The position numbers and the translations under genes were made by a program. From Catajapyx aquilonaris (lineage: Eukaryota): 64,000 bases of DNA. The stretch's first letter is position 1. Each line of letters begins with the position of its first letter. The notes beneath the pieces were generated by a model, which saw only the letters and a list, made by a program, of their open reading frames with translations, did not search any database and was not told where the DNA came from. Below are positions 50,171 through 62,500 of the stretch, one piece after another. The DNA is taken from contig KZ538064.1 of assembly GCA_000934665.2 (NCBI GenBank), positions 62,001 to 126,000 on the forward strand, written 5' to 3'.

Positions 50171-53100
50171 CAAATTGTTCGTATGTATTATTGCCTTAGC
50201 AGGTCCCTATTGCTTCCAGTGGCGATTGTTACTTCATGCAACTCAGCACTTTGGCTATTCTGAAATTCGCGCAGGCTGCTGTACCATTAACAGTCAAAGC
50301 GGTCAGATACGTACATGACACAAAATAGTACTGCTGGGAGCGTCGCAAGCAATGTGATATAGTGTCGTGCAGTTCCTAAAAAGGGCATTACACACCGACG
50401 CAATTAGCCCTTGTATTGCGCAGTATTACGAATTAAACGATTCACTCCTCTAAGCCTCTCCACCGTGAAACAGCGTTTGTGCGCAATAGATCTAATTCCG
50501 ACGCACGATAAATACGTAAAGCTGACCTGTGTGCATTGTTGAGCCCTAACAATCCAAATGCTTGTCAGTACTACTATCTGTCAGGAGCAGTTTTCGCCAG
50601 ATGTGTACAACCATCAGCACTCTCCCAGCAAGGTGAAGTGTACCTGATGGCAAGGTGAAAACTCATCTAAAGGAAAAGATTGAAACATTTATGCAACAGA
50701 CCTAACAATGATAAATAATAGCGTCATAATTTTCGGTCGCAATTTCACCCCGGTTATGACTGTAAAGAAACTAAAACGTAAATATCATTTGGCCTATATG
50801 AGTTGCTTTTAATCTGCTTGCGCAATCAGGTGCTGTAATAACGTATGTACTACACTGTGCATCTGTACTTTGCTGATGCATCTGAATATCTGGAACATTT
50901 TCATAACAAATATACTGTATGACTACTGACCTAGATACATGTCGGGTGGAATCGCAGCGGTTGGCCAATTTTTCAATTCGAGAAAATGTTGGAAACCACT
51001 ATGCCTTTAATGTCTGCCGGGCCTCGCGATGAATGGCGGCTGCTTTTGAGGGACTGCCTGGCTATCAGTCACAGGTGGAAAAAAAAGTATTACACGACGC
51101 CGAGTTATCTCTTGAACACGACGTTAATCACAGTTACACAAACAGCTTTTGAGATTATTAAACTGAACTCATCACGTACTACTGTATTACTATAGTATTT
51201 CAACCAGGAAATGGTAGCCTACAATTAAAGACTTGTGACGTTAGCACAATATAATTTCTGGTTTGGTGTAAGATTTTTCAAACCAGCTCAACACACCCGT
51301 TGTTAGAAAGCGTTTGTTCCCGATCAGTTCATGGAAGTTCCGGGAATGATATCCTCAGGTTATGGATCCGGATCCTATCCCTCGCTTGGTAGAACCTTTT
51401 GTACAGCAATGTCAAGGCAGAAGTGCATCGAGTCTGGCGAGGTATGGCGACGAAGGAAAAGCAAAATGGTTTTTAAATAATTTGAGCTGCCACAGCACCT
51501 TCTCTTAACGTCAGTTTCAATCATTCTCACCAACTTCTTAAACGCTTCTGAGTTGTTAAGTTGTACTGCATGGGCTGAAATATGAAAGGGTTTCTCGCAG
51601 AAATCTCTAAGAGGTGAGGATGCAGTTACATGAATTACGACAAAGCTGCAGACATCTGCAAACAAATCCCGGCCGCACAGTCCTGCATTACATTGCCCAA
51701 ATATTTGCACAAGTGTAATGTATTGTGAAATCCCACTATACTTTTAATCAAAACAGAGTCATCGAAGGACCAAATTGCTTTTAAAAATACTGGTTTCAGT
51801 ATTGATTCGACCAGTTCATATCTGAAGTCCGCAAGTAATAACTGAAGACTTGATAAATGCAATCATGATGGACTGATTGCAAAATAATTATGACGGACGT
51901 TTTTAAGGTCCATATCCCATCAGTGATTGCTTCCATGAGACATGGGCTGTTCCAAACTCAGTTCATATCAAAATATGACTCATGTAATAACCAGGTGTCT
52001 AACATGTAGGTCCTCTTTGCAATAAGTGTCAGGCGTCACTCAGACCGTTCCCTCTGAAAAGACCGAAGACGTTAAAAGCAGAAAGGGCGTGAACCCGTTC
52101 TCACTTGGCTGCCAGCACCACATGTTCCGCCCTCTTTGTTCTCAATCCAACCACTTTACAGGCATTTCCGCCTGAGACCTTGGAAGACACACTCGGGGAC
52201 TGGAGTCGTTCAATTTCATCCAGACCGTAAAAGGAGCTGTCGAAGAAGGGCCGTGAACCTCCCGAGTTTAAACCTTGCAGGCACACACCGGCAGTTGACG
52301 TGAAATGGATATTAATTACACGGTGTTGAAGGGGATCATCCCGAGGGATGAAGATTAATGGAGATCTGAGAAGGTTAAGCGGAGGCCGGTGCCTGACCCA
52401 TTTGCAACCGGACATTGGCGATAAGGGTTCAATGGTCGAGCCAAAAATATGCAGTTCACACTAAATAACATCCGCTTAATCACTCCAATGCCCAATTTAA
52501 GAAAAGGAAACAAATCTATTGAATGTGGGTTGCTTCTCTTTAAATTGCTTTGTCTGGAGACTCGGGGCCATCCTGTATTGCGGCTTGCTTTGTAACCGAT
52601 TCCTGGCAGTGACACCCGATGGAAATTGAAAGGTCGGGAGATGTTCGACCCTTTCATTCCATTTGAATCCGCAGCAGGAGGTGGCCAATAATTAATTTGA
52701 TCTCGGATTTACATTAGCCGCGACAAATTGGGCGTCGATGCAAGGGGCCACGCAGAGAACAGCATTGTAGGTGGTCAGGGGCCGGCAGTAATCTCCCCAT
52801 CCCTGCTTTTAATTGGGTTTGGCGATTGAAAGCAGCCAAAATCCATTTTTCTGGTAATGACCTGCTGTGCTACACAGATTACCGGACACTCGTCCATTCA
52901 ATGTGTATTAAACTGCTAACGCTTCCATGCCCTCCCATCTCCTCTGGCCTGACTGAATTCACCGAAGGATATTGCACTTTGTTGCAGAAAAAAAAATGTA
53001 CAACATTTCAGTAGGTAGTTATTGGCAGGTGGCAGACGAGCGGGAAAATGGAGGTGTCTGGGAGAGAAACCTGCAGAGGCAAAGGTAAGGGCAGACGAAG

Positions 53101-54652
53101 ACGGAAAAAATATATACTGTATATCAGGCATCAACTGAGTAGAATATATAGGTCGTGAGCTCAATAAAACGGGAGCTAAAACTTGCTGTCGTGGATGCAC
53201 AGCCGCTGTCAAGTTACGTGTTAAGCCACTACGACGGTCCATGGGCCATTTTCATTTCCCGAGATACTGGTGTCTGAAATTATGAAACGAATTATTCCAT
53301 AGCAATTGCTTTCGACGCATCTGTGTCAATGCCAGTAAGGTGAGGCGCTACTCAGAATGTTTTTAGATGTCGACTCTATTATCCCTTATTTTTACACAAA
53401 CAGGTAATTAAAAAAGTAAAACTCACTCTAATAACTATAATAACTAGGGTAATTTGTTGCTTAGGTTACTGTAAAAAAGCAACAGAAAAAACCGGAAGCT
53501 GCATTTTGCTAACAATACTTTAACGTGCAGTATTCATACTTTAAACTTGATTACGGTCTGCTTCCCACCAGATTTATCAAGTTACATAACGGCATCTGAC
53601 CGGAACCCATCTTGTTATGTACAGTGCATGCATACTCCTGGAGAGCCTCATTCAATTTCTAAAGTCGATTAATCGCATTCGGCATTTTTTTGCGAATAAT
53701 TTAAGCCGACTTGTAACTGCGCAGCAAGTTACATAATTTGAGGCCAAGCTTAGCTGCGAGTCTAAATGCTGTATGACGACTGCGGATGCTATTTCTCAAC
53801 TAATAAGCCAGCTTCAACTTCATGTTCGTCACTGTAAGCAAAGAAATATTTTTGTGGATCCGTTTAAGTTTCACCCTCTTTTCAAAAGAGGCGCATTATT
53901 ATTTCCCAAAATTCTGCTTTTTTTAAAGTTGTTAGAAGTGCATTATTATCCATGCGGGCTCTGGCATTTTGGGAATATAATCCCAGATGTGCATGGTCGG
54001 ATTGTGAGGAGCAAATTCGTCCCCCTTACGTAAGTTTGGGGACAGTGTGGCAGATTTATAGCTGGTTGGAACTTTGAGGTCAAGCGTAAATCAAATTGAG
54101 CGAGAAAAAAGGTCCGTTGGTTTGAAGCGCTCTAGATTTATGTACTTACACTTCCAAATTACACGCCATTAATTCCATGCTTCGTGCACGTTTTGAATCT
54201 GGCATTAAGGACTCCTTTTACTTGCGAGGACGGTGATATATAATTAAAACATTTGCGACTCTACGTGAGTTGATATGATGTCCGAGTCGTGATGGAAATA
54301 TTCGCGTCTAAAAAATTTGCATTCGGTTAGAGTGAGCTGCCTTTGCCGGTTATAATTGCAAAAGTTGGGTTGCTCCAACCGTGAAGCTTGACAGAATTTG
54401 TATCTCTCCGAGCCTCGGCGATGATAATGGGGCTTGTCTATATATCACGGAGGGAGACAAACTCGAAAACAAAAATATGGCATCCTTCGGGAAGGGGACT
54501 CATCGGTTGCAGCTGCAGCACTACAACTTCTCTGGCTTGCCTTTTGCAGAATAGGAAAGTTGAGCAGTTTGTTAGGCGGCCTTACGAGCAAAATGCATCC
54601 CCCGATTACATTGCCAGCTTATAAATGAATGGAAGAATCGGAGAGGAAAACT

Positions 54653-54735
54653 GACAGCCTGCAATTTTTCTCACGACTGTGCGAAGGCGGCGAGTCATTC
54701 GCACAGTCGAGGCGCGAGAAAAATTGCAGGCTGTC
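54653..54735. repeat. Imperfect 83-nt hairpin (20-bp outer stem, 12-bp inner stem, 12-nt loop)
   Basis: GACAGCCTGCAATTTTTCTC / GAGAAAAATTGCAGGCTGTC and CGACTGTGCGAA / TTCGCACAGTCG. Confidence 0.9.
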
Positions 54736-55108
54736 CACTCCAGCACTGCAATGGAAGATCATGGCCGTCGCCATGACGACTTATCGCAGTTATCTCTGTA
54801 ATTAGTCATAACAGTACGTCACCGAGGTATCGACTAAACTGGTGCTGATAATATTATATCTAGATTCCCAATAGTAAAGTCATCCTGCAGGTTAGGCGTC
54901 CCTCACAGCAGCACTGGCTGAAGGGAAGCCCTGAACAGTCAGGAAAGAACGATTCAACATTTAACTGACATGTAACGAGTACCATTATTTTATGCTTCCG
55001 ACGCGACGGTACACAAAGAAACAAAGAACATGTTTATTAAGGGGAGAGTGCATAAAATGAGCTCATTATCCTTTACTTCTCTTTGAAAGATGACAGAGTC
55101 TGCAAGGC

Positions 55109-55234
55109 ATGGCTGCCTGCTCTTCGCAGACGCCGCTCTCGAGTTTCTTTCCGAGTAAGACAACGTCTTCATCTTCAAGCCTTATTCCGCCTCCACCAAC
55201 CACTGGGAAAGCAGCCATGCTGGTGGCCACGTGA
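55109..55234 (+). other. Candidate upstream ORF (41 codons) ending 1 nt before the receptor ATG
   Basis: GGCATGG start at 55109, in-frame internal GCCATG at 55217, TGA at 55232..55234, then G, then ATG at 55236. Only meaningful if this stretch is in the mRNA. Confidence 0.45.
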
Positions 55235-55235
55235 G

Positions 55236-56126
55236 ATGGAGGCGAACTTGAGCTTGGCCGTGGCCAACCTGAGCCACCCTTGCTTCCTAGATGGGAACCA
55301 GTGCGGACACGGGCATGCGGACCCAGCGTCGATTCTGGTACTCAAGTCCATCGCATTGGGAGTGATGGTGGTGCTGACCATTGGTGGTAACCTGCTGGTC
55401 CTACTGGCCGTGGCCATGTGCCCAAACCTCCGCAGCCCAACCCACTACCTGATAGTCAACCTGGCCGTGGCCGACCTGCTCCTGGGCACTACAGTCCTGC
55501 CCTTCTCGGCCACCTTGGAGGTGTCCGGCCAGTGGTACTTCGGACAGATATTCTGCACCGTCTGGGCCGCGGTGGACGTGCTGTGCTGCACGGCGTCCAT
55601 CCTGTCCCTCTGCGTCATATCGGTGGACAGGTACATCGGCGTCACACGTCCTCTCAGCTACTCGTCCATCATGGCCAAGAGACGCGCCTGGTACCTGATG
55701 CTGCTCATCTGGATCGCGTCTCTGGCCATCAGCATCGGACCGCTCTTCGGCTGGAAGGAGCCGGCCAGCAGCGACCCGTACGTCTGCACGGTCAACAAGC
55801 AGCTGGGCTACGTGCTCTTCTCAATCACCGGATCATTCTACCTGCCCATGCTCATCATACTAATCGTGTACTGGAAGATCTACAAGGCGGCGGTCAAGCA
55901 GACCAAGTTCTTGGAGTGCGGTACCAAGAAGACCAAGTCATCAGTGACTCTCAGGGTGCACCTCGGAGGAATCAGAAACAGGAGTGACACCCTGGACCAG
56001 ACAGTGCGCGTGCACAGCAAAGGGAGTGTGAACAGTAGTGGTGCCGTTTGTGTCACCAACGGACAGTGCAACGGTTCGCCCACACCGCCTCCTCCTCCCA
56101 ACGCGGTGCTCGCTGTCGCCACGGAG
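55236..56126 (+). CDS. ADRA1: Alpha-1 adrenergic receptor-like class A GPCR, coding exon 1 (N-terminus, TM1-TM5, part of ICL3)
   Basis: Two N-terminal NLS glycosylation sequons; GNLLV; HYLIVNLAVADLLL; TVLPFSA; WAAVDVLCCTASILSLCVISVDRYIGV; ISIGPLFGWKEP; GYVLFSITGSFYLP; donor GAG|GTAAGT, phase 0. The paralogue letter (A/B/D) is not assignable. Confidence 0.9.
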
Positions 56127-56283
56127 GTAAGTCATTTGCACGAGCTATATTTGTATCAAGAACATCCTTAAAAAATTCGCGTAACTTATAATTAGACGAA
56201 ATCAATCTTTGATCGTATATCTTATCTAAGATTTTAGTTGGGGAAAATCGATCCGTCTGATTGGTTCATCTATTTTAATCCAG

Positions 56284-56551
56284 GGCAGCACTTCGTCACC
56301 TTTGAGGATCCACAGAGGTCGTACCCAGAAGAGAAGTGCCGGTGACCTCTCCCTGGCGCACTGCCCTCCTTCTGGCAACGGACAGTTGTCGCCGTCGCCG
56401 CCGTCGACCTCCCCAGAAAGGAGGATCGCGGGGGCCATTTACGGAAAGCTTGCCAAATTTCGCAGGCAGAAGAAGGCTGCCAAGACCCTGGGCATCGTAG
56501 TCGGAGTTTTTCTACTCTGCTGGTTCCCATTCTTCTTCATCCTTCCTCTCG
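56284..56551 (+). CDS. ADRA1: Alpha-1 adrenergic receptor-like GPCR, coding exon 2 (rest of ICL3 and TM6); gene continues beyond the window
   Basis: Acceptor TTTTAATCCAG, in frame; [33 protein letters not shown]; donor G|GTAAGT, phase 1. No WLGY/NPxxY exon found by eye in 56552..64000. Confidence 0.9.
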
Positions 56552-59500
56552 GTAAGTGCTCGTTACTTGTACTGATTCAAATGGTTGCTGGGGGCGTCTA
56601 CTAGGTCAGAAAACCTGTTGCTGCTTTTCCCTGCAAATTCCCTGTGAAGTTATGTCAACACATGTACATGGTATGGGGCTGGGATGAACAATGCACCGAG
56701 CTGGCTGCAAATATCATATAGGTAATATCAAGAATGTTGAGCGCTCCATTAGCGGCGGAAGTATGTGCTGCGCAATATTTTGACTCAGCAAGTACTTTAA
56801 TTAGCTGCTCTAGTGTCGGTGCTCGTCGGTCAATTCTATACAGTGCAATTCAGGTGAGTGACGGCTGTTTTTTTTTTAAGTGCCCTTTTCAACATACATA
56901 TAGCTAGATCAACTTTACATTGCCGATAGACTTTTTCGAAGCACCAAACGCATTACTCATATTGCCTCTGTGACATAACTGCATCATGAATATTAATGCG
57001 CCAATACCGTTGCAATTTCGCAGATTTGCAGACGCGGCAGTTGTGCCTTACGAGCGACGATGGTTATTAGCTGTTATGAATCATGCATATTTGCCATAAT
57101 TGAAGTGTTACTTCTGCGTGTTAGCTTCCAATTATCATTCAAAAAAAGAGCTGTCACTTATACCTCTAATGACAGGAATGTTCCACATGACACGCACCCT
57201 CAACTAGAACAAAATGCTTCAAAGAGCTCATTTTTCAGGTACTTCTCCCATGAAAAGGAGTGGGAAACGTCGTCTTGGAGAACCCATTGAAATGCGAAAG
57301 AGCTTCCTGATCAGCTCCATTAACCGACTTTCTCTTTTTCTCGATCCTTTGAGGAGTGAGAAAAGAATCCGGGGGGGCAGATTGGGGTCTTCCCCCCCCC
57401 TCCTGCGAGATTTCTGCAGTAATCTGGGCGCCCGTCGACTCGAGTTTAAGTAGCTTTGGTACGCCCGAATGGGAAACACGTGGAAAGGGCAACAGTTCGG
57501 GTAGAAACCCCCCCTTGCTTCTTCCCTCAGGGTCTGTAAACGCGGAGACGGGGACAGAGTGAAGATTGCAACCCAGTTGGGACGGTGTAAACAAATTAGG
57601 GTGGGAAATGCTCAGATGGGACTTTCTGGAAGCTTCGAATAAATTATTAAGATCACGTCGTCGTCTCCAGAGATGGATTTCAAACGGCTATCCCCAAGAT
57701 TTGCCGCCTGGCTATATTGGATTTCGACCATCTTCCTATCCGAATGCAAATGCTAGCTTTTTTTGTGTGTGTACGGTACGTCTCCCGATGTATTATTGCG
57801 GGGGAGGGTCAAGTGGACGATATGAGTTTCGGAGTATGGAATTCCATTTCAAAATGTGGCCAGTTATTCAAATGTAGATTACTCACAGTCGGCGCACAGA
57901 CCGTTCGATGAGTGGGGGGATAATAATGCAAATGTGCGCAGTACAATTGTGATCAGACTATACGGGCCGCTTTCTCTGTCTCAGTCGGTGTAAGGCAATC
58001 CGTTTCATCCACTTCACGGCTGCCTCTGATTCAATTGCATCCTCCAGTCTGGTTCGTGACCTACATCATCGCACCTCTCGGGAAAACTGCCCGGGCATTT
58101 CCCTGCAGGGGTCCTGCTAAAACCTAATAAGCCTGTACATTCCCTAAGGACCAATTTCACGGTCTGACGTCAATCACGAGACAGTCATTCAGACAAAGGA
58201 TGACATGCGACAAAAAAATAATCATTTCTATGTGCATGACAACACTTGTCGGAGGGATCGGCGGATCATTCTGATGCCTTTATATGCACTTCGTTTTGTG
58301 GATCAAGCTTTAGAACCGAGTTGCACTTTCCATTCCGCAAAAATTGGCCCGCGCATAACCCGCACTTGACAGCGGTTCCCTTTAGGGAAAACAGTACAAA
58401 AGACTCTGTTTTTAGCCCAAAACCAGCAACAAAGCAGCACTCAGCCTAATAGGTATGGCAAAGCGATTTTTGAAAACCCGCAGGCAGCTTATCTTCTGAG
58501 CCTTGCACGTCACCCCATGCAATAAGGGGGGACCTTATTTCTATCCGATGATGGGAGGGCATATATGAATGCACCGGGCCAGGACAAACTAGATGCAAAT
58601 GAGCCACGAGTAATCCGGCCGCCTTTAATTCCCAGGGTTGATTCCCCCAACTGGGTCAAAAACTAGTCGAGGGAGGGATTAATAAGCTTTTCTACATCAT
58701 CAGCCGATGGCACAGATTCCGACTCTTCATCTCGTCAAATCCGATCTCCACGTGTACCGGAGAGCGACAAAAGCCGGGCAATCAATGGCACCGGAATACA
58801 CGGGGATACATGCTTCACGGAAGTTCTAGCCTTTGTTGCTCTTGGCGTTTGAACGGAAATGCGAGCCTTATATATAAAATAGCGGACTTTCGGAGGAGGG
58901 AAGAATCGAAATTCCTTTACAGTGAGGATTTACCCGGGGCTCACGCCACAGAAATCTGATCTGTCCGGATTCTTTGTGAGAGAAAGAAGGAAACGGGCCC
59001 AAACTCTTGCTTTCTCCATACCGTGCCGTTTGCCTTCTTCTCTTCCTCATCCTAGTCGCATTCGCATTCACTCTCTCCAGGCTGTGCCTTGCTTGTTTGC
59101 TTGTTCCAAAAAGTTAGAAGGGGCTGGAAGCAGTCCGGTTACAGTGCAGCTGAACTCGAGAGGAAAAGGAGCCTTACATTGCTCAAAGAACTGCAGACGA
59201 TTACAGTTACTGCACTACTTTTGGAAGACTTGAAGTGAGGAACTTGCTCCATTATCCAGGCAGACGATCAAGTACATCATCCTAGGGCTTTAGTTATAAT
59301 TACATACTAGGTGACGATGGGTAAATAATAACTCGTGTGAAGTGGAATATATTATCATCAGGTAACAAGCGCAAACAATCGAGCTATGCCGATGGAGCGT
59401 TAGATAGCATAGTAAACTTGAATGTGATGCATCTCAATTGAAGCAGGAAATATTTACTTCCCTTACTTAATGAAACGCCCTCGTAATACCAGCAGAAATT

Positions 59501-62500
59501 GGTACACATCAACAACATCAACAACTTGATACCCACAATGCATATTATTTACACCAGTTTGCAAATGCACTCCTTCAAATGTACGAAAACTTGCCCAAAT
59601 GCAAGGATTCTCATTTGGCTTCCTGCTTTTAGGGCGATATTTGATGCCTGCCGGTGTATAATGTAAGTTAACACGAATGTAAAGGCTACATTTCAGACCA
59701 TATTATTCTGCTTGGAGCTCATCCTGCCCTGTGAGACTCAACTTACGTGACACAAATACGTTTCCAGTACATCAGCCACATACAGTACAGGATGTCGGAT
59801 CTAAGATCACTGGAACCGTGATACGTGAGCCCAATAAATCAGTCCATGGATTTCATTCGGTGGAAGAATATGCTATAGCCTTTATTTTTTAAACGCTGCT
59901 CATTGCATCCAAATAAAATTTGCACACCCGCCAGGCATACACAAGAAGCCTTTGTCGTATAAGCAAAACACAAGCTGCAATCAAAACGGAGCATTCCCCC
60001 CTGCCTAGAACCATATCCGATTTCTCCTTTGAGCCATGCTTACCTGGCCCAATTAGTACCGACACTGCAACCGTTATTTACGGCTCATTTGTTTTGGACT
60101 CCTTGTATAATATATACTGCTCCCCTGCTTCCTTCCGCCCAACTGTTCCTCTATCTCAGCTCCGACACATCCCAAGTTTTTCTCGATTCCTGCATCACGG
60201 AAGCAGCCTGTTTGCTCCAGAGTCCCCGTGTCGCCGTGTCTAAAGACTCTGGCTGAAATGAACCCTTCGCAGACTGAAGGTCGTTTCCTGCTGAGAAGTC
60301 AAGACCGGAGTATACGTAGGGTATACTGTAATGCAATTGATAGTTTGACTGGGCGGGGGTAAGGCACACAAGGCGTGACGTTTGAGAAATCGAACATCAA
60401 CACCAGTGGGAACTGGCCAATCTTCCAATACAAACCGGTTCTGCTGCTGTTGGTGTTGGTGGTGGTAGTGGTGGCCTCGATCAAGAAGCCTCTTGAGTGG
60501 GGGAGTGGATGGGGAAATCCTGCACAGAAGAATTTCCGCCTTCTAATGGGGTTCTTTGGTATGCCACGAATTTATATGGATCTCCTGAATATTCAATAAT
60601 CTCCACCTCAATAAGCACTAAATCCTCGCATCTGTTACTCTAAGCATTTCATTACCCGTAGAATATTGAAAAACTTTTGCCTGTAGTTTTGTCTTTTCAC
60701 TGCTTAACTCATTGTGAAATCGTATTTACTTGAACTGCTAATGATACGTTTGGCCACAACTTTATTTTTAACGTTGATTATTACAGGGCTATAGATCCTG
60801 TCTCCGCCTAGTTACACAACAGTACACTGTACAATACAGGGGCCTCATTAAACTATTCAAGCTAATTAGAAAGGGCACGCTCTCAAGGACGATGTGCAAT
60901 CAGCCAGGTTGCTCTCAGATTATACATAATTATTTATTAACCACACTCGTAACTAATATTCTTTGCAAACTGAGGCAAAGTATGAACTGAGAACAATCCG
61001 TTCTTACACGTGGTTCAAGTTAGATAATAATCTGAGTATGTATCTGAATGGAGGGTGTTCCTTAAGATGTCTGTTTTAATTTCTTCGAAAATTCTAATTA
61101 AAACCTTGCTACACTTTCTGTGCATTCGGCTGCATTATAAAAGTGCTAACTATCGCTTTGTCACTTCCGGAAATAATTTGAAATAATCTTTACCATGTGT
61201 TTGCCACAGATGGTTGGTGGGTGGAATCAGGATTTCCCCTAATTTTCACACCGATAATTAAAATGACAGTTAATATGCAAATGCGTATTTCCTATGGTAC
61301 TGAATTCGCCAATATCAAGTGAAGAAATCGTACAACGGTATTTAAATGGCAAACGACAGACCTTACGTAATGTGAAAATAAAACTTTCTCCCTGCGGTCT
61401 CGCTTCATCCTGGAAGTAAGTCAGCCAGTGAGCCTCTCGTGGCGGTCATATTGCCAGCGTTGCAGGGGCGACGTCACATCGCGTGGTTTCAAACTTGCGG
61501 AATGAAACTCTCTGCAAAATTGAAATATTATAGCATCGAGAAATTCCCCTGCAATATCACAATGCCATTTTCCACACCATGTAGCATTCCATGCCCCAAG
61601 CAGTAATGGAGTATGTACACCGGGCTGATTATTCTCATTACGTATGCATGACAGGCACCGCATACTGTACACACCTGTCCTAATCAAAACGTTCCAACTA
61701 ATCTAACGAACACGTTCTCAAGAAATAATTACCTAAAGCTTGCCCCCCCTTTTTGGGATATAATCAGAGCTGATATTTTTAAACCCATTTTCATGCTGCA
61801 ACTACTGTACTCTGCTTTCAATAATCTGACTAATAAGTTTGCATTTTGTGCAGCGCGATGTATAAAGTATCCATGTCAACTCACAAGTTATGCCGCGTTG
61901 TAATGAATGCGATGTGCAGTACATGCAATCCGAATGGTTAAAACAAGTTACGGCAAAAGTAACCCTGTGTCATTACACTGTTTAATAATACTGGAATAAC
62001 ATCTACAAACACCTATAGTTCTTCATGCTCACCCCAAATTGTTAAAATAATTTGTTCAGTTTGTATAATTATGTACGGCATATTTTTTTGCTTTTACTTC
62101 TAGGTAATTATTAGTTTATTTCAATAACTCCCACTCTGTTAATAAGAATGTCCGTTCCTGTGTAATAAATAATTATACTCCAAAGAGGAACTTCCATAAG
62201 GATAATGATATAGCCCAAACGGTTATATGACTAATCCTAGAAATGCTTAATAATAGACTCTACACTGTATCATACTCTAGCGCAATCCTGATCTTTTACT
62301 GCATCAGACGACTAAATTAGCTTTCAGAATGTGTACAATGCAGTTAATGCACAAGTCCTAATTGTTGAAGGCAAGTTACGCCTTAAAATCAAGGCTATAG
62401 GCAATCCTGGGTGGCATTTAAGGTACAGTATTTAGGTATAGTCCCCCCCGTGACATAACTGCCTTTGAATGGGCATCGATTGCCCTGAATGTCAATCGGA

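Noticed and set aside
52339..52348. COE/EBF-type site TCCCGAGGGA upstream of the receptor
   Set aside because: A single 8-position motif is expected about once by chance in a window this size.
55083..55235. 51-codon in-frame N-terminal extension of the receptor from a TTG
   Set aside because: Non-ATG start; the ATG at 55236 has good context and is followed directly by typical N-glycosylation sequons.
55418..55987. 189-aa alternative-frame ORF overlapping the receptor exon
   Set aside because: Shadow ORF expected from GC3-rich codon usage; no recognisable domain.
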